64,000 nucleotides of DNA from Microgenomates group bacterium ADurb.Bin219 (GTDB taxonomy: Bacteria > Patescibacteriota > Microgenomatia > UM-FILTER-40-11): NCBI GenBank assembly GCA_002069945.1, contig MWCH01000002.1:79164-143163 (forward strand), written 5' to 3'. This document shows positions 56,847 through 64,000 of the stretch, piece after piece (the stretch's first letter is position 1; each line of letters begins with the position of its first letter). Under the pieces are notes generated by a model. That model made no database searches, was not told the origin of the DNA, and saw only the letters and a list, made by a program, of their open reading frames with translations. Both the position numbers and the translations under genes were made by a program.

Positions 56847-57872
56847 TTATTTAAGAAGAAACGTTGTTTCAAAAAGATTAAGCAGGTAGCCGATTAAGAC
56901 TATTCCCATTGCGGTTAAGCCAAAAAAGATTGCCAGCAATTGCCACTTCATGATTTTTTTTAGCATCAGGGCTTCGGGTATTGATAAGGTGACGATGGAG
57001 GTCATAAAAGCCAAAGCAGTTCCCAAGGGAACTCCTTTTTTTACCAGTGCTTCCATAATGGGAATTACACTTACGGAATTGGCATAGAGGGGTAACCCCG
57101 AGAGAGTTGCCAGTGGAATAGCCCACCAACTCCTCGTTGATAGATATTTTTCAATTATATTGGCGGGGACAAAACCGTGTATAAGAGCACCGATTCCTAC
57201 GCCCGCGATGACATATGGGAATACATTTTTGGTGATAATTATTGAATCGTGCCAAAAATATTTTACAAGTTCCTTAAAAGGCAAAGATTTTTCGCCATTT
57301 TCTTTTTCAACCTGGATTTTGGATTTAAATTTAAGCAATTCGGTTTTAACATACTTTTCAACTCGCAACTTTTGGATAAGCAGACCACTTAAAATTGCTA
57401 CAGCCATTCCAATCAGATTGTAAAAGATGGTTACTTTCATCCCAAAAAGGGCGGGGAAAAGATACAGCGAAGATTCGTTAACTAAAGGAGAACTAATTAA
57501 AAAAGTAAACGTTACCCCTAAGGGTATTCCTGCTCCCACAAAGCCGATAAATAAAGGAATGGAAGAGCAGGAGCAAAAGGGGGTTATCGCACCCAGCGCC
57601 GCCGCGAAAAAATAATCCAATCCAAACCAACGGCGCCTGGTAAGAAAATCCCTTACTTTTTCCATCGGAAAGTAATAGCGGGTTACCGCCATAAAATAGT
57701 TAATGACAGCCAGCAGCAATCCAATCTTGATGGTATCGTAGATAAAAAAATTAAGAGAGCTGCCGAAATAAGATTGGCTGTCCAAGCCAAGCCATTGATT
57801 GGTTATTAAATTTGCCAATTGTTGGACAAATTGGAATATCTTCATAGTTAGCAATTGCCCCCGCAACTGCAA
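56847..57872 (-). CDS. ArsP-like/DUF318 family permease
   Basis: Polytopic; conserved ITPFCSCSSIPLF motif characteristic of ArsP/DUF318 permeases. Confidence 0.65.
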   Translation of the reverse strand: MQLRGQLLTMKIFQFVQQLANLITNQWLGLDSQSYFGSSLNFFIYDTIKIGLLLAVINYFMAVTRYYFPMEKVRDFLTRRRWFGLDYFFAAALGAITPFCSCSSIPLFIGFVGAGIPLGVTFTFLISSPLVNESSLYLFPALFGMKVTIFYNLIGMAVAILSGLLIQKLRVEKYVKTELLKFKSKIQVEKENGEKSLPFKELVKYFWHDSIIITKNVFPYVIAGVGIGALIHGFVPANIIEKYLSTRSWWAIPLATLSGLPLYANSVSVIPIMEALVKKGVPLGTALAFMTSIVTLSIPEALMLKKIMKWQLLAIFFGLTAMGIVLIGYLLNLFETTFLLK

Positions 57873-58138
57873 TTGCCCGTCTTTGGTTGGCTGGCGATTA
57901 AAGAACCGGATGAGATTGCCTGTTTAATTTTTTCCAAATTCGGGAGAGAACCCACCAGTACCGGTTTGTCATCAACGACCAATACCGGACTTGACATTAT
58001 TCCCATTTGGATAATTTTAGATATGTCGGTTATATATTCTACTTCATCTTTTAAACCGAGTTCTTTTACTGCCTGCTTGGTGGTCTCGAAAAACTGTTTA
58101 CAGGTTGTACAGCCGGAACCCAAAACTTGAATTTTCAT
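57848..58138 (-). CDS. Thioredoxin-fold redox-active disulfide protein 2-like, with C-terminal Cys cluster
   Basis: MKIQVLGSGCTTCKQ N-terminus (CxxC in thioredoxin fold); C-terminal NCSCGGNC. Confidence 0.65.
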   Translation of the reverse strand: MKIQVLGSGCTTCKQFFETTKQAVKELGLKDEVEYITDISKIIQMGIMSSPVLVVDDKPVLVGSLPNLEKIKQAISSGSLIASQPKTGNCSCGGNC

Positions 58139-58164
58139 AATTTTTTTTGTAAATTAAATTATTA

Positions 58165-58281
58165 TTATTTTTTTTCTGCGTTTTCCGAATTTTCTTTTTG
58201 GCCAGAACATTGGCAGTCTTTTCCGCAATCGCAGCCGCAATTGCAGCAGCAACAACATGAACATTTTTTATCGTCTTTCAT
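58165..58281 (-). CDS. Small Cys-rich metallothionein-like peptide (38 aa, 11 Cys); not in the ORF track
   Basis: Manual minus-strand translation MKDDKKCSCCCCCNCGCDCGKDCQCSGQKENSENAEKK*; RBS aaggaggtg 7 nt upstream; ATG shares one base with the ArsR stop (TAATG). Confidence 0.5.
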   Translation of the reverse strand: MKDDKKCSCCCCCNCGCDCGKDCQCSGQKENSENAEKK

Positions 58282-58622
58282 TATTTTTTCACCTCCTTTC
58301 CTGAAATTGTCAGTAAAGCTTTTAAAAAGCGGACGCCTTTAGGCGTCAGCCGGTAATCAATAAATTTTCCCTGTCTTTCTTTTTTAACCATATCGGCCTT
58401 GGTCAGATCCGCCAGGTGGTGGGAAACCAGACTTTGGGAAAGGTCGGTATGTTTTTCCAAATCGCAAACGCAATGATTTTTTTGATAAAGCAAAAATAAA
58501 ATCTCCAGCCGCGATTGAGCAGAAAGAAGAGCCAGATCTTGGCTTAACTTTTTGGTTTCCTTTCCCGCCAAAGAACAACGGCAGTCTTTCGATGAACAAT
58601 GACAGCGCTTAGATATGAACAT
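58281..58622 (-). CDS. ArsR/SmtB family metal-sensing transcriptional repressor with Cys-rich N-terminus
   Basis: HTH LEILFLLYQKNHCVCDLEKHTDLSQSLVSHHLADL (ArsR signature incl. CVC metal site); N-terminal CHCSSKDCRC. Confidence 0.75.
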   Translation of the reverse strand: MFISKRCHCSSKDCRCSLAGKETKKLSQDLALLSAQSRLEILFLLYQKNHCVCDLEKHTDLSQSLVSHHLADLTKADMVKKERQGKFIDYRLTPKGVRFLKALLTISGKEVKK

Positions 58623-58671
58623 ATGTTCATATATTAATTCAAAGATTGGGTTTTGTCAAGAGGAATATTAA

Positions 58672-59547
58672 CTAAATTTCCAAATGAAGAAAGTTGCGGA
58701 CGATTAAACCGATAAAAAAGCTTAAAAAAGCAACCCCAAAACTTAAGGAAAGATTTTCAAGAAATCTTTTTTTGAAAGAAACATCCTGGGTAATGGAGGT
58801 ATATAAGGAAAAAAAGAAAATTATCAGGCCGGCATTGGCTAAGGTTAAAGCAAGGGAAAGGTAATAATTTCGGGAAATAAAATAAGGACTTATCAATAAA
58901 ATTACCGTCATAACGTAGGTAATTCCGGTATATAAAGAAGCCTTTAGCGGGTTGCGGATAGTTTTCTCGCTTTTTGTAGAAAGATATTCGGAAGAGGCCA
59001 TTGATAATGAGGCAGCCAAACCGGTAATTAAGCCGGTAGCGCCGATTAATTGGTTGTTTTGCAGGGCCAAAGTTAATCCGGCTAAGGTTCCGGTCAATTC
59101 AACCAAGGCGTCGCTTGAACCGAGAACAATGGAGCCCATATATTTCAACAAATCCTCGTTTATCAGGCCGACGACCTCTTTTTCGTGCTTTTTTTCTTCA
59201 TCAATAATCCAGGCGAATTCTTTATTGGATTTAGCGAGCTCTTCATAGATATTTCTGATCGCCTCTTCTGTATGCTCCATTACTTTTACCCCAAAAGTCA
59301 GACCAAAAACTTTTCCGAGGTTAGAGTAAAACCAGACGCGCAATTTCTTTTGGCCGACTTCCTTTTGCGTAATATTTTGCCAATATTGGTAGTGTTTTAA
59401 AGAATCTTCAGCTAGATGGGTTAAGGTTTTTTTTGTTTCCTGGTTTTTTACTCTTTTGGTGAGGTTTTTATAGATTTGATATTCGGAGATTTCCAGTTGT
59501 TGGAGGTGAAGAATTTTATCAACGGTTTCTTTTGGAAGCGATTCCAT
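58672..59547 (-). CDS. Ferritin-like domain fused to VIT1/CCC1-family membrane transporter (iron/manganese)
   Basis: N-terminal rubrerythrin/ferritin-like helices (EYQIYKNL ... HLAEDSLKHYQYWQ ... EHTEEAIRNIYEELAK); C-terminal VIT-type TMs with GSSDALVELTGTLAGL and LITGLAASLSMASSEYLSTKSE. Confidence 0.65.
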   Translation of the reverse strand: MESLPKETVDKILHLQQLEISEYQIYKNLTKRVKNQETKKTLTHLAEDSLKHYQYWQNITQKEVGQKKLRVWFYSNLGKVFGLTFGVKVMEHTEEAIRNIYEELAKSNKEFAWIIDEEKKHEKEVVGLINEDLLKYMGSIVLGSSDALVELTGTLAGLTLALQNNQLIGATGLITGLAASLSMASSEYLSTKSEKTIRNPLKASLYTGITYVMTVILLISPYFISRNYYLSLALTLANAGLIIFFFSLYTSITQDVSFKKRFLENLSLSFGVAFLSFFIGLIVRNFLHLEI

Positions 59548-59694
59548 AAAGTAATATTACTACAAATGAAATTTACAATTTAGAAGGCATGATGTATAAT
59601 TTTGAGCGTAGACTAGTTGAGAATTGACCAGAGGTCTTTGAAAATTAAATAAACAAATTTGTACATTGTAACTTATCAATGGTACATTTTTTAA

Positions 59695-59989
59695 TCCCCT
59701 GTAGCTCAATGGTAGAGCGGCTCCCTGTCGAAGAGTAGGCAGCTTCCCGAAGTAATTCGGGTTGAAAAATCTGGCTAATTCGGGGAAGTCCTGAATTTAT
59801 CGAAGGATAATCCCGAGCTAAATTCCGAACGCAATGAAGGACTCGTCCTGAGCTTGCTGAAGGATAAACGTGTAGAGACTATATACCAGAGTCCGATTTT
59901 AATCGGACATAAGATAGTCCAAACCTTTTGGTAACAAGAGGGCTTTTGTAAGGAGAAGGTTAGAGGTTCGAGTCCTCTCGGGGGAGCCA
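59695..59989 (+). tRNA. tRNA-Asn (anticodon GTT, tentative) interrupted by a 220 nt group I intron in the anticodon loop; CCA encoded
   Basis: Exon 1 TCCCCTGTAGCTCAATGGTAGAGCGGCTCCCTGT (59695-59728), exon 2 TAAGGAGAAGGTTAGAGGTTCGAGTCCTCTCGGGGGAGCCA (59949-59989); joined they give a cloverleaf with loop CTGTTAA and T-loop TTCGAGT; one G:A mismatch at 27:43. Confidence 0.65.
59729..59948 (+). ncRNA. Group I self-splicing intron (small, IC3-like) inside the tRNA
   Basis: Conserved core elements: P AATTCGGG(G), Q AATCCCGAGC, R GTAGAGACTATA, S AAGATAGTCC (R GACTA pairs S TAGTC to form P7); IGS GCAG can pair with exon end CTGT giving the U:G at the 5' splice site; intron ends in G. Confidence 0.7.
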
Positions 59990-61564
59990 GATGGGACGCA
60001 GAGGCAACAAAGCGTCCTTTTGTGTTGAATCGTCGGGATTTTTTGTTAGTTCGAATTTTCCATTTTCCAAGTCGTCAATTTTTTCCACTTTCGGACCATT
60101 TGTTTCTATCACTGCTTCGGAGAGTAATTTAAAGGTTTTACTGTAGGTGTAGCTGAGTTTTCCTTCATCAACTGTTAAGGACCCGAAGACAAAGCGGATT
60201 AACGATCTCTGTTCATCGATCATGTCCTTGCTCTTGGCTTCCAGATAAATTTCTTTGGCTCTTTGAGAGAGTTCATAAATGCTCATGCCTAAGTTTAAGA
60301 AGCCAGTGCTGGCATTAGCATGCTTTTTAATCGACCCGGTGATTTCGTCTTTCTCCTCTGAATACTGTTTAAACTTGCGGTTATAAAACTCGGGGGTGAT
60401 TTTCTCATCGAGCTTATCGTCGTAGAGTCTGTCCATTCGTTTCTGCACCGCTTCATAACGGGTGTTCAGCTCGCCCATGGTGTCATTATGATATTCGACT
60501 TCGTCTTTGTGACTTTCCTTTAAGGCTTTACGGAGCCAGTCGGTAATCCGGGCGTTTTTGATACGAAGGTTTTCAAAGCCGCTAATAAGCTGAGATTCGA
60601 CCTCATCTTCTTTGACCCAGGTGGTCTGTGGGCATTCATGATAATGGTTACAATGGCCGTAAATGTATTGACCCTTAGCGATTTCGAAGGTAATGGAATT
60701 GTGGCACCCAGCGCATTTAATCAGTCCTCTAAAGAGAAAGTTGTGCTTGCGGTATTTGGGTGTAGTTCTGCTCGTTAGCATCGCCTGGACCTTATTAAAT
60801 TGCTCAACAGTAATCAATGGCTGGTGTTTACCTTCAAATAGTTCGTCGTTCCATTTGATTTTACCAATATAAAAAGGCTCACGGAGAAGGGAGTGGATCC
60901 GACTGTGTGGCAGCTTGTGTCCTAATTGGGATCTCATGCCTTCGGCGTACATTTTTTTGGAGAGCCGTTTAGTTGAGTAGTTGCCGGTGAGATAGAGTTC
61001 AAACATTTTCCTCACAAAAGGAGCGGTGTCCTCGTCGATGACATGGATTTTATGCCCAGTTTCGCCAATGGTCTTGTAACCGTTTGGTGGTTTGGTTGGT
61101 AGCCAGCCCTGGGCGATTTTCTCTTTCTGTCCTTTCTTAACGTTCTCTGATAATAGTCGTACATAATACTCGGCGGTAGCGACCTTTACTCGCCACATAA
61201 ACCATTCATGGGACCGGGAGGTGTTGTGGAGGATGCAGCCTTCTTTAGCCAAGTGGACCTGATGGGTTTCGTTCTCGGTAATCCAGAGATCAATCATGGG
61301 AACATCGGCAAAGTTCCTGGTCAGCCGGTCCGTAGTCTCAACAATAATGGTGGGGATATCGTGCTTGCGAACATAGGCCACCATCTCGATAAAGACTTTT
61401 CTCTGGGTTTTCCCAGCAGCCGATTCGGAAATGGCAAAGACTTTGGCTACTTCCAATCCTTGTTTCTCAGCATAATCGCGCAAGAACTTCTCCTGGGCTG
61501 GTAATGAGTAGCCCGTGTCTTCTTGTTCTTTGCTGCTGACTCGGCAGAAAATGGCAGTTTTCAT
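59960..61564 (-). CDS. Large serine recombinase (integrase), C-terminal codons overlap the tRNA 3' end
   Basis: N-terminal resolvase catalytic domain (IFCRVSSKEQ with catalytic Ser), recombinase domain, zinc ribbon CAGCHNSITF ... HCNHYHEC, coiled-coil; last 10 codons (WLPREDSNL*) are the reverse complement of tRNA exon 2. Confidence 0.85.
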   Translation of the reverse strand: MKTAIFCRVSSKEQEDTGYSLPAQEKFLRDYAEKQGLEVAKVFAISESAAGKTQRKVFIEMVAYVRKHDIPTIIVETTDRLTRNFADVPMIDLWITENETHQVHLAKEGCILHNTSRSHEWFMWRVKVATAEYYVRLLSENVKKGQKEKIAQGWLPTKPPNGYKTIGETGHKIHVIDEDTAPFVRKMFELYLTGNYSTKRLSKKMYAEGMRSQLGHKLPHSRIHSLLREPFYIGKIKWNDELFEGKHQPLITVEQFNKVQAMLTSRTTPKYRKHNFLFRGLIKCAGCHNSITFEIAKGQYIYGHCNHYHECPQTTWVKEDEVESQLISGFENLRIKNARITDWLRKALKESHKDEVEYHNDTMGELNTRYEAVQKRMDRLYDDKLDEKITPEFYNRKFKQYSEEKDEITGSIKKHANASTGFLNLGMSIYELSQRAKEIYLEAKSKDMIDEQRSLIRFVFGSLTVDEGKLSYTYSKTFKLLSEAVIETNGPKVEKIDDLENGKFELTKNPDDSTQKDALLPLRPIWLPREDSNL

Positions 61565-62331
61565 AGGCTTTGACCTGGCAACACAACATAAACGGAAACT
61601 CGAGCAATATCAAACAGAGAGAAGAAGGGTTCAAATCCGGTCGCATTTGGTCGCAATTGGTAGCATTCCTGGTGTAGCGTTGGTGTAACCTTGGTGTAGC
61701 CATAGGACACTCGTTTGTTGTGGGCTATAAGCGAGTGGGCAATAAATGAGAGGGGTTGGATGACTTGGATAATTGCTGGGTAAAAGGCTCGTAAATCCAC
61801 ACCAGTTTTACCCAAGAATTGCACAACCTTTAATGCCTGTAGATACCGAACCCACACCGAAACCTTGCCGAACCCTGTCATCAACATTTCACCGACAAAC
61901 CGCCGACTTATTTTTGTACCGATTTCATGCTGATTTTGTCCTGATTTATTCAGGTTGAAGTCCATATTTTCTGGGTAATCATTGGGTAACTCTTGGGAAA
62001 CCTTTTTCAGGCTAAATCTCTCATATTTTGGTGTAGGGTTGGTGTAGCTTCGGCGTAGCCTTTGACCGGTTATTTCTGGAGTAATATTGGAGTAAAGTTG
62101 GAGTAATTTATCTGTACTAATTTTGTACGAGCGTTGTCCTAATTTATCTCCAAAATCTGTCCAACTTTTGTCCAAGTATTGTCCAACCTCATTAGCCTTA
62201 AAAGCTGACCAACTTTTGACCAACAATTGACCAACCTTCATCCACATCTCATCCACCTTTTGTCCCACCTTAAAAGGTTCTTTTCCTAGCCAACTTTTAG
62301 CCAAGTTTCGGCCAACCTTGTTTTTCTTCAT
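61561..62331 (-). CDS. Doubtful ORF (256 codons) spanning a dense array of 10-12 bp phased DNA repeats; possibly non-coding or only partly coding
   Basis: Frame stays open largely because the repeat unit lacks stop codons in all minus-strand frames; protein shows irregular KSW/VGQ repeats that simply mirror the DNA repeats; stop overlaps integrase ATG. Confidence 0.25.
   Translation of the reverse strand: MKKNKVGRNLAKSWLGKEPFKVGQKVDEMWMKVGQLLVKSWSAFKANEVGQYLDKSWTDFGDKLGQRSYKISTDKLLQLYSNITPEITGQRLRRSYTNPTPKYERFSLKKVSQELPNDYPENMDFNLNKSGQNQHEIGTKISRRFVGEMLMTGFGKVSVWVRYLQALKVVQFLGKTGVDLRAFYPAIIQVIQPLSFIAHSLIAHNKRVSYGYTKVTPTLHQECYQLRPNATGFEPFFSLFDIARVSVYVVLPGQSL
61639..62320. repeat. Helically phased short direct repeats (iteron/centromere-like): several families at 10-12 bp spacing
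   Basis: GGTCGCATTT/GGTCGCAATT/GGTAGCATTCCT/GGTGTAGCGTT/GGTGTAACCTT/GGTGTAGCC (61639-61701); GGTGTAGGGTT/GGTGTAGCTTC/GGCGTAGCC (62030-62060); TGGAGTAATA/TGGAGTAAAG/TGGAGTAATT (62077-62107); at least 8 copies of TTG(T/A)CCAAC-like units (62150-62320), all at about 11 bp periodicity. Confidence 0.6.
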
Positions 62332-62360
62332 AGCGTTTTCGTTTTGTTAATTATTTTTCG

Positions 62361-62858
62361 TTAAAAACTCCTTCTAGTTAGTTTGTCGTCATCTCGCTTC
62401 TCGCGTATAACACCCGAGTCTATTAACTTAGTCTTGAATTCATCCCAACTACTCGTTTGTTGTTCACGACATACGGGATTTGAGGCGTGGGGAGCAAAGA
62501 TGGTGACGATTGCCTGGTTAAGCAAGTAGGAGTTATTAGCAAAGACATGGACCCCCTTCTTGTTCGTTTGTTTCTTCTTACTGATTTCGATGAGTGGTTT
62601 CCCTTCAAACCGTGCTTTGGCGAGAGAAGTAATTCGTCTGCTGACACTAGCTATACTGCCAAGGCCTAAAATCTGCTTGAGCTTGCTGAGGGAAGGGTGG
62701 CATTCGCCTTTATCATTGATGAATACTGCCAGAGCAGTGAAGGTATGCCATTGATCGGCGCTCACAGAGGCTAAGAGCCCCTTGAAAAAGATGGGGTTTC
62801 TCCAGAATTGGAGATACAAGTTTTCCGTTATTTCTTTTTGTTTCATTGACATATTCAT
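62361..62858 (-). CDS. Hypothetical protein of the integrated element
   Basis: 165 aa ORF with reasonable codon usage; no recognisable motifs. Confidence 0.4.
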   Translation of the reverse strand: MNMSMKQKEITENLYLQFWRNPIFFKGLLASVSADQWHTFTALAVFINDKGECHPSLSKLKQILGLGSIASVSRRITSLAKARFEGKPLIEISKKKQTNKKGVHVFANNSYLLNQAIVTIFAPHASNPVCREQQTSSWDEFKTKLIDSGVIREKRDDDKLTRRSF

Positions 62859-62884
62859 TTATTTGTTTCGGGCTTAAGCTACGT

Positions 62885-63034
62885 GCTGCTCTGTTTGGCT
62901 TCGATCTTCATCGCCGTTTCCGCAAAGCCAATCAAGACCAGGGCAACATCCAAGACTTCCTCTAGTTTTAGCTCTACGCCGTAGTCCTCTTTGAGAATCG
63001 CCCTGAGCTCGAGCAGGAGTTTCTGGCTTACCAT
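62885..63034 (-). CDS. Small hypothetical protein (49 aa), not in the ORF track
   Basis: Manual translation MVSQKLLLELRAILKEDYGVELKLEEVLDVALVLIGFAETAMKIEAKQSST*; start 1 nt after the stop of the upstream gene. Confidence 0.25.
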
Positions 63035-63291
63035 AGGCTCCTTTCGGCGTAGAGGCGCGATTTAATATCTCTTAACTGGTTAAAGAAAGTCTGGGGTGAG
63101 ATCTTGAGTTCGTTGCGAAAGTAGCCCTCAACGAGTTCTTCCAGTTCTGGGGATCGGAAGAAAACGAAGACGGCTTTGTGGGGATTGGACCGATCAATGT
63201 CTTGGATAGGAAACTGAAGGGAAATGGTAGTGGCTAAAGCTAAGTCACTGGTAACGTAAGTGTCGGAGTTTATTTGCTGATTCATAGTCAT
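63028..63291 (-). CDS. Hypothetical small protein of the integrated element
   Basis: 87 aa ORF; no recognisable motifs. Confidence 0.35.
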   Translation of the reverse strand: MTMNQQINSDTYVTSDLALATTISLQFPIQDIDRSNPHKAVFVFFRSPELEELVEGYFRNELKISPQTFFNQLRDIKSRLYAERSLW

Positions 63292-63488
63292 TTAATCGAA
63301 CTAGAATCAGTCTAGGAAAAAAGTTGTGTCCGTCTCAATAAACTTTGTGGTGATTTATGTTTACCTTTGTAAACAACGCGTATTATTTAAGTTGAGGTAT
63401 CTTGAAAAATAAATTGATTTGACAATCTCTTGTGAAGGAAGCTAACATCTCGACACGTTATTAGTTAGCCCTTGAGGAGTATAAAAAT

Positions 63489-64000
63489 ATGACAATGAAA
63501 ATAATTCAAAACAAACCCCTGGCTATTGCCTTCGTTTTCCTGGTATTACTTGGTTCTGCTTTCTGGCTGATTCAGCCTAAGACTCAGTCCGTTAAGGTTC
63601 AACAAGCCCAGGACCAAAAACTCCAACAAATTAAAGAGCTTACAGACCTGGCTAATAATGACCCTAAATATCGTGAGCATAACTCTCAAGCCAGCCGTGA
63701 ATTGTCTGACAAGCTCTGCTCTTTGACTGCTCGTTCTGCAGAAGAGCGGGAGAAAGCGGTGGCTGCTGTCCGTGATTTTCTGGAAATGCCCACAGTCAAT
63801 GTGAAGTATGAATGTAACGACGCTTTCTATAATCTGGAAGAGGACCGACTTATCGCTGCCAAGAGTGAAACCTACTTGGTAGATTCCACCTATTTTGTCG
63901 TGAATTCTGTAACAAACCATATCATGCAAGTGGATGAAACTCCTGGGACATGGGGATACAAAGCCGATGGCTCCCGTTGGTTTAGCGATCAGAAACAGTA
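63489..64000 (+). CDS. Partial CDS (N-terminal 170 codons) of a membrane-anchored/secreted hypothetical protein, running off the window end
   Basis: ATG at 63489 after AT-rich promoter-like region; N-terminal TM LAIAFVFLVLLGSAFWLI; open to the end of the window, so absent from the ORF track; the overlapping minus-strand ORF 63546-63929 is probably spurious. Confidence 0.4.
   Translation, partial: MTMKIIQNKPLAIAFVFLVLLGSAFWLIQPKTQSVKVQQAQDQKLQQIKELTDLANNDPKYREHNSQASRELSDKLCSLTARSAEEREKAVAAVRDFLEMPTVNVKYECNDAFYNLEEDRLIAAKSETYLVDSTYFVVNSVTNHIMQVDETPGTWGYKADGSRWFSDQKQ

Larger units (their letters stand above)
59695..64000. mobile_element. Left end of a probable integrated element (prophage/ICE-like) inserted at tRNA-Asn; extends beyond the window
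   Basis: Integrase abutting and overlapping a tRNA 3' end; downstream only small hypothetical genes and dense DNA repeats; sequence from about 60.0 kb looks compositionally different (GC-richer by eye, not computed). Confidence 0.5.

Noticed and set aside
61561-62331. 256 aa ORF as a bona fide protein-coding gene with KSW/VGQ peptide repeats
   Set aside because: The repeat periodicity is about 11 nt at DNA level, not a multiple of 3, and the repeat unit lacks stop codons in all frames. Kept only as a low-confidence CDS.
63546-63929. 127 aa minus-strand ORF at the window end
   Set aside because: A plus-strand frame with a proper start, N-terminal TM and no stops for 170 codons overlaps it and looks more protein-like.

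Overview
This 64 kb window looks like the chromosomal origin region of a small-genome, probably CPR/Patescibacteria-like bacterium. The assignment rests on compact genes, many membrane-anchored and secreted proteins, fusion proteins and a salvage-type nucleotide repertoire. A classic block sits on the minus strand (rpmH-rnpA-yidD-yidC-jag, then ppdK). It is followed on the plus strand by dnaA and dnaN, with DnaA boxes and an AT-rich stretch in the flanking intergenic regions. The 5' third carries a nucleoside/nucleobase salvage cluster (ABC transporter, MTAP-like phosphorylase, NCS2 permease) plus obg, valS, rplY, rnhA and ppdK. The centre (about 26.8-44.2 kb) is the most unusual part. It is a type IV secretion-like locus with a VirB4 ATPase, a CHAP hydrolase, a VirB6-like polytopic membrane protein, and a 993 aa secreted protein with a lytic-transglycosylase-like C-terminus. 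Two tandem sets, totalling eight paralogous small two-TM pilin-like genes, flank it and share a conserved [ST]-[GA]-G-D-x-K motif. An ECF sigma factor and a UppS fusion protein lie between the two sets. Downstream are smpB followed immediately by a tmRNA gene, a GIY-YIG protein, comFC, a cluster of four tRNA-Ser and two tRNA-Arg, ppiB-like, dnaG-rpoD, and an ArsR-controlled metal/redox operon. That operon includes a 38 aa Cys-rich metallothionein-like ORF absent from the ORF track. The 3' end holds a tRNA-Asn gene split by a group I intron. Its 3' end overlaps a large serine recombinase that opens a probable integrated element. The element contains about 0.7 kb of 10-12 bp helically phased direct repeats. 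No rRNA genes or CRISPR arrays were seen.
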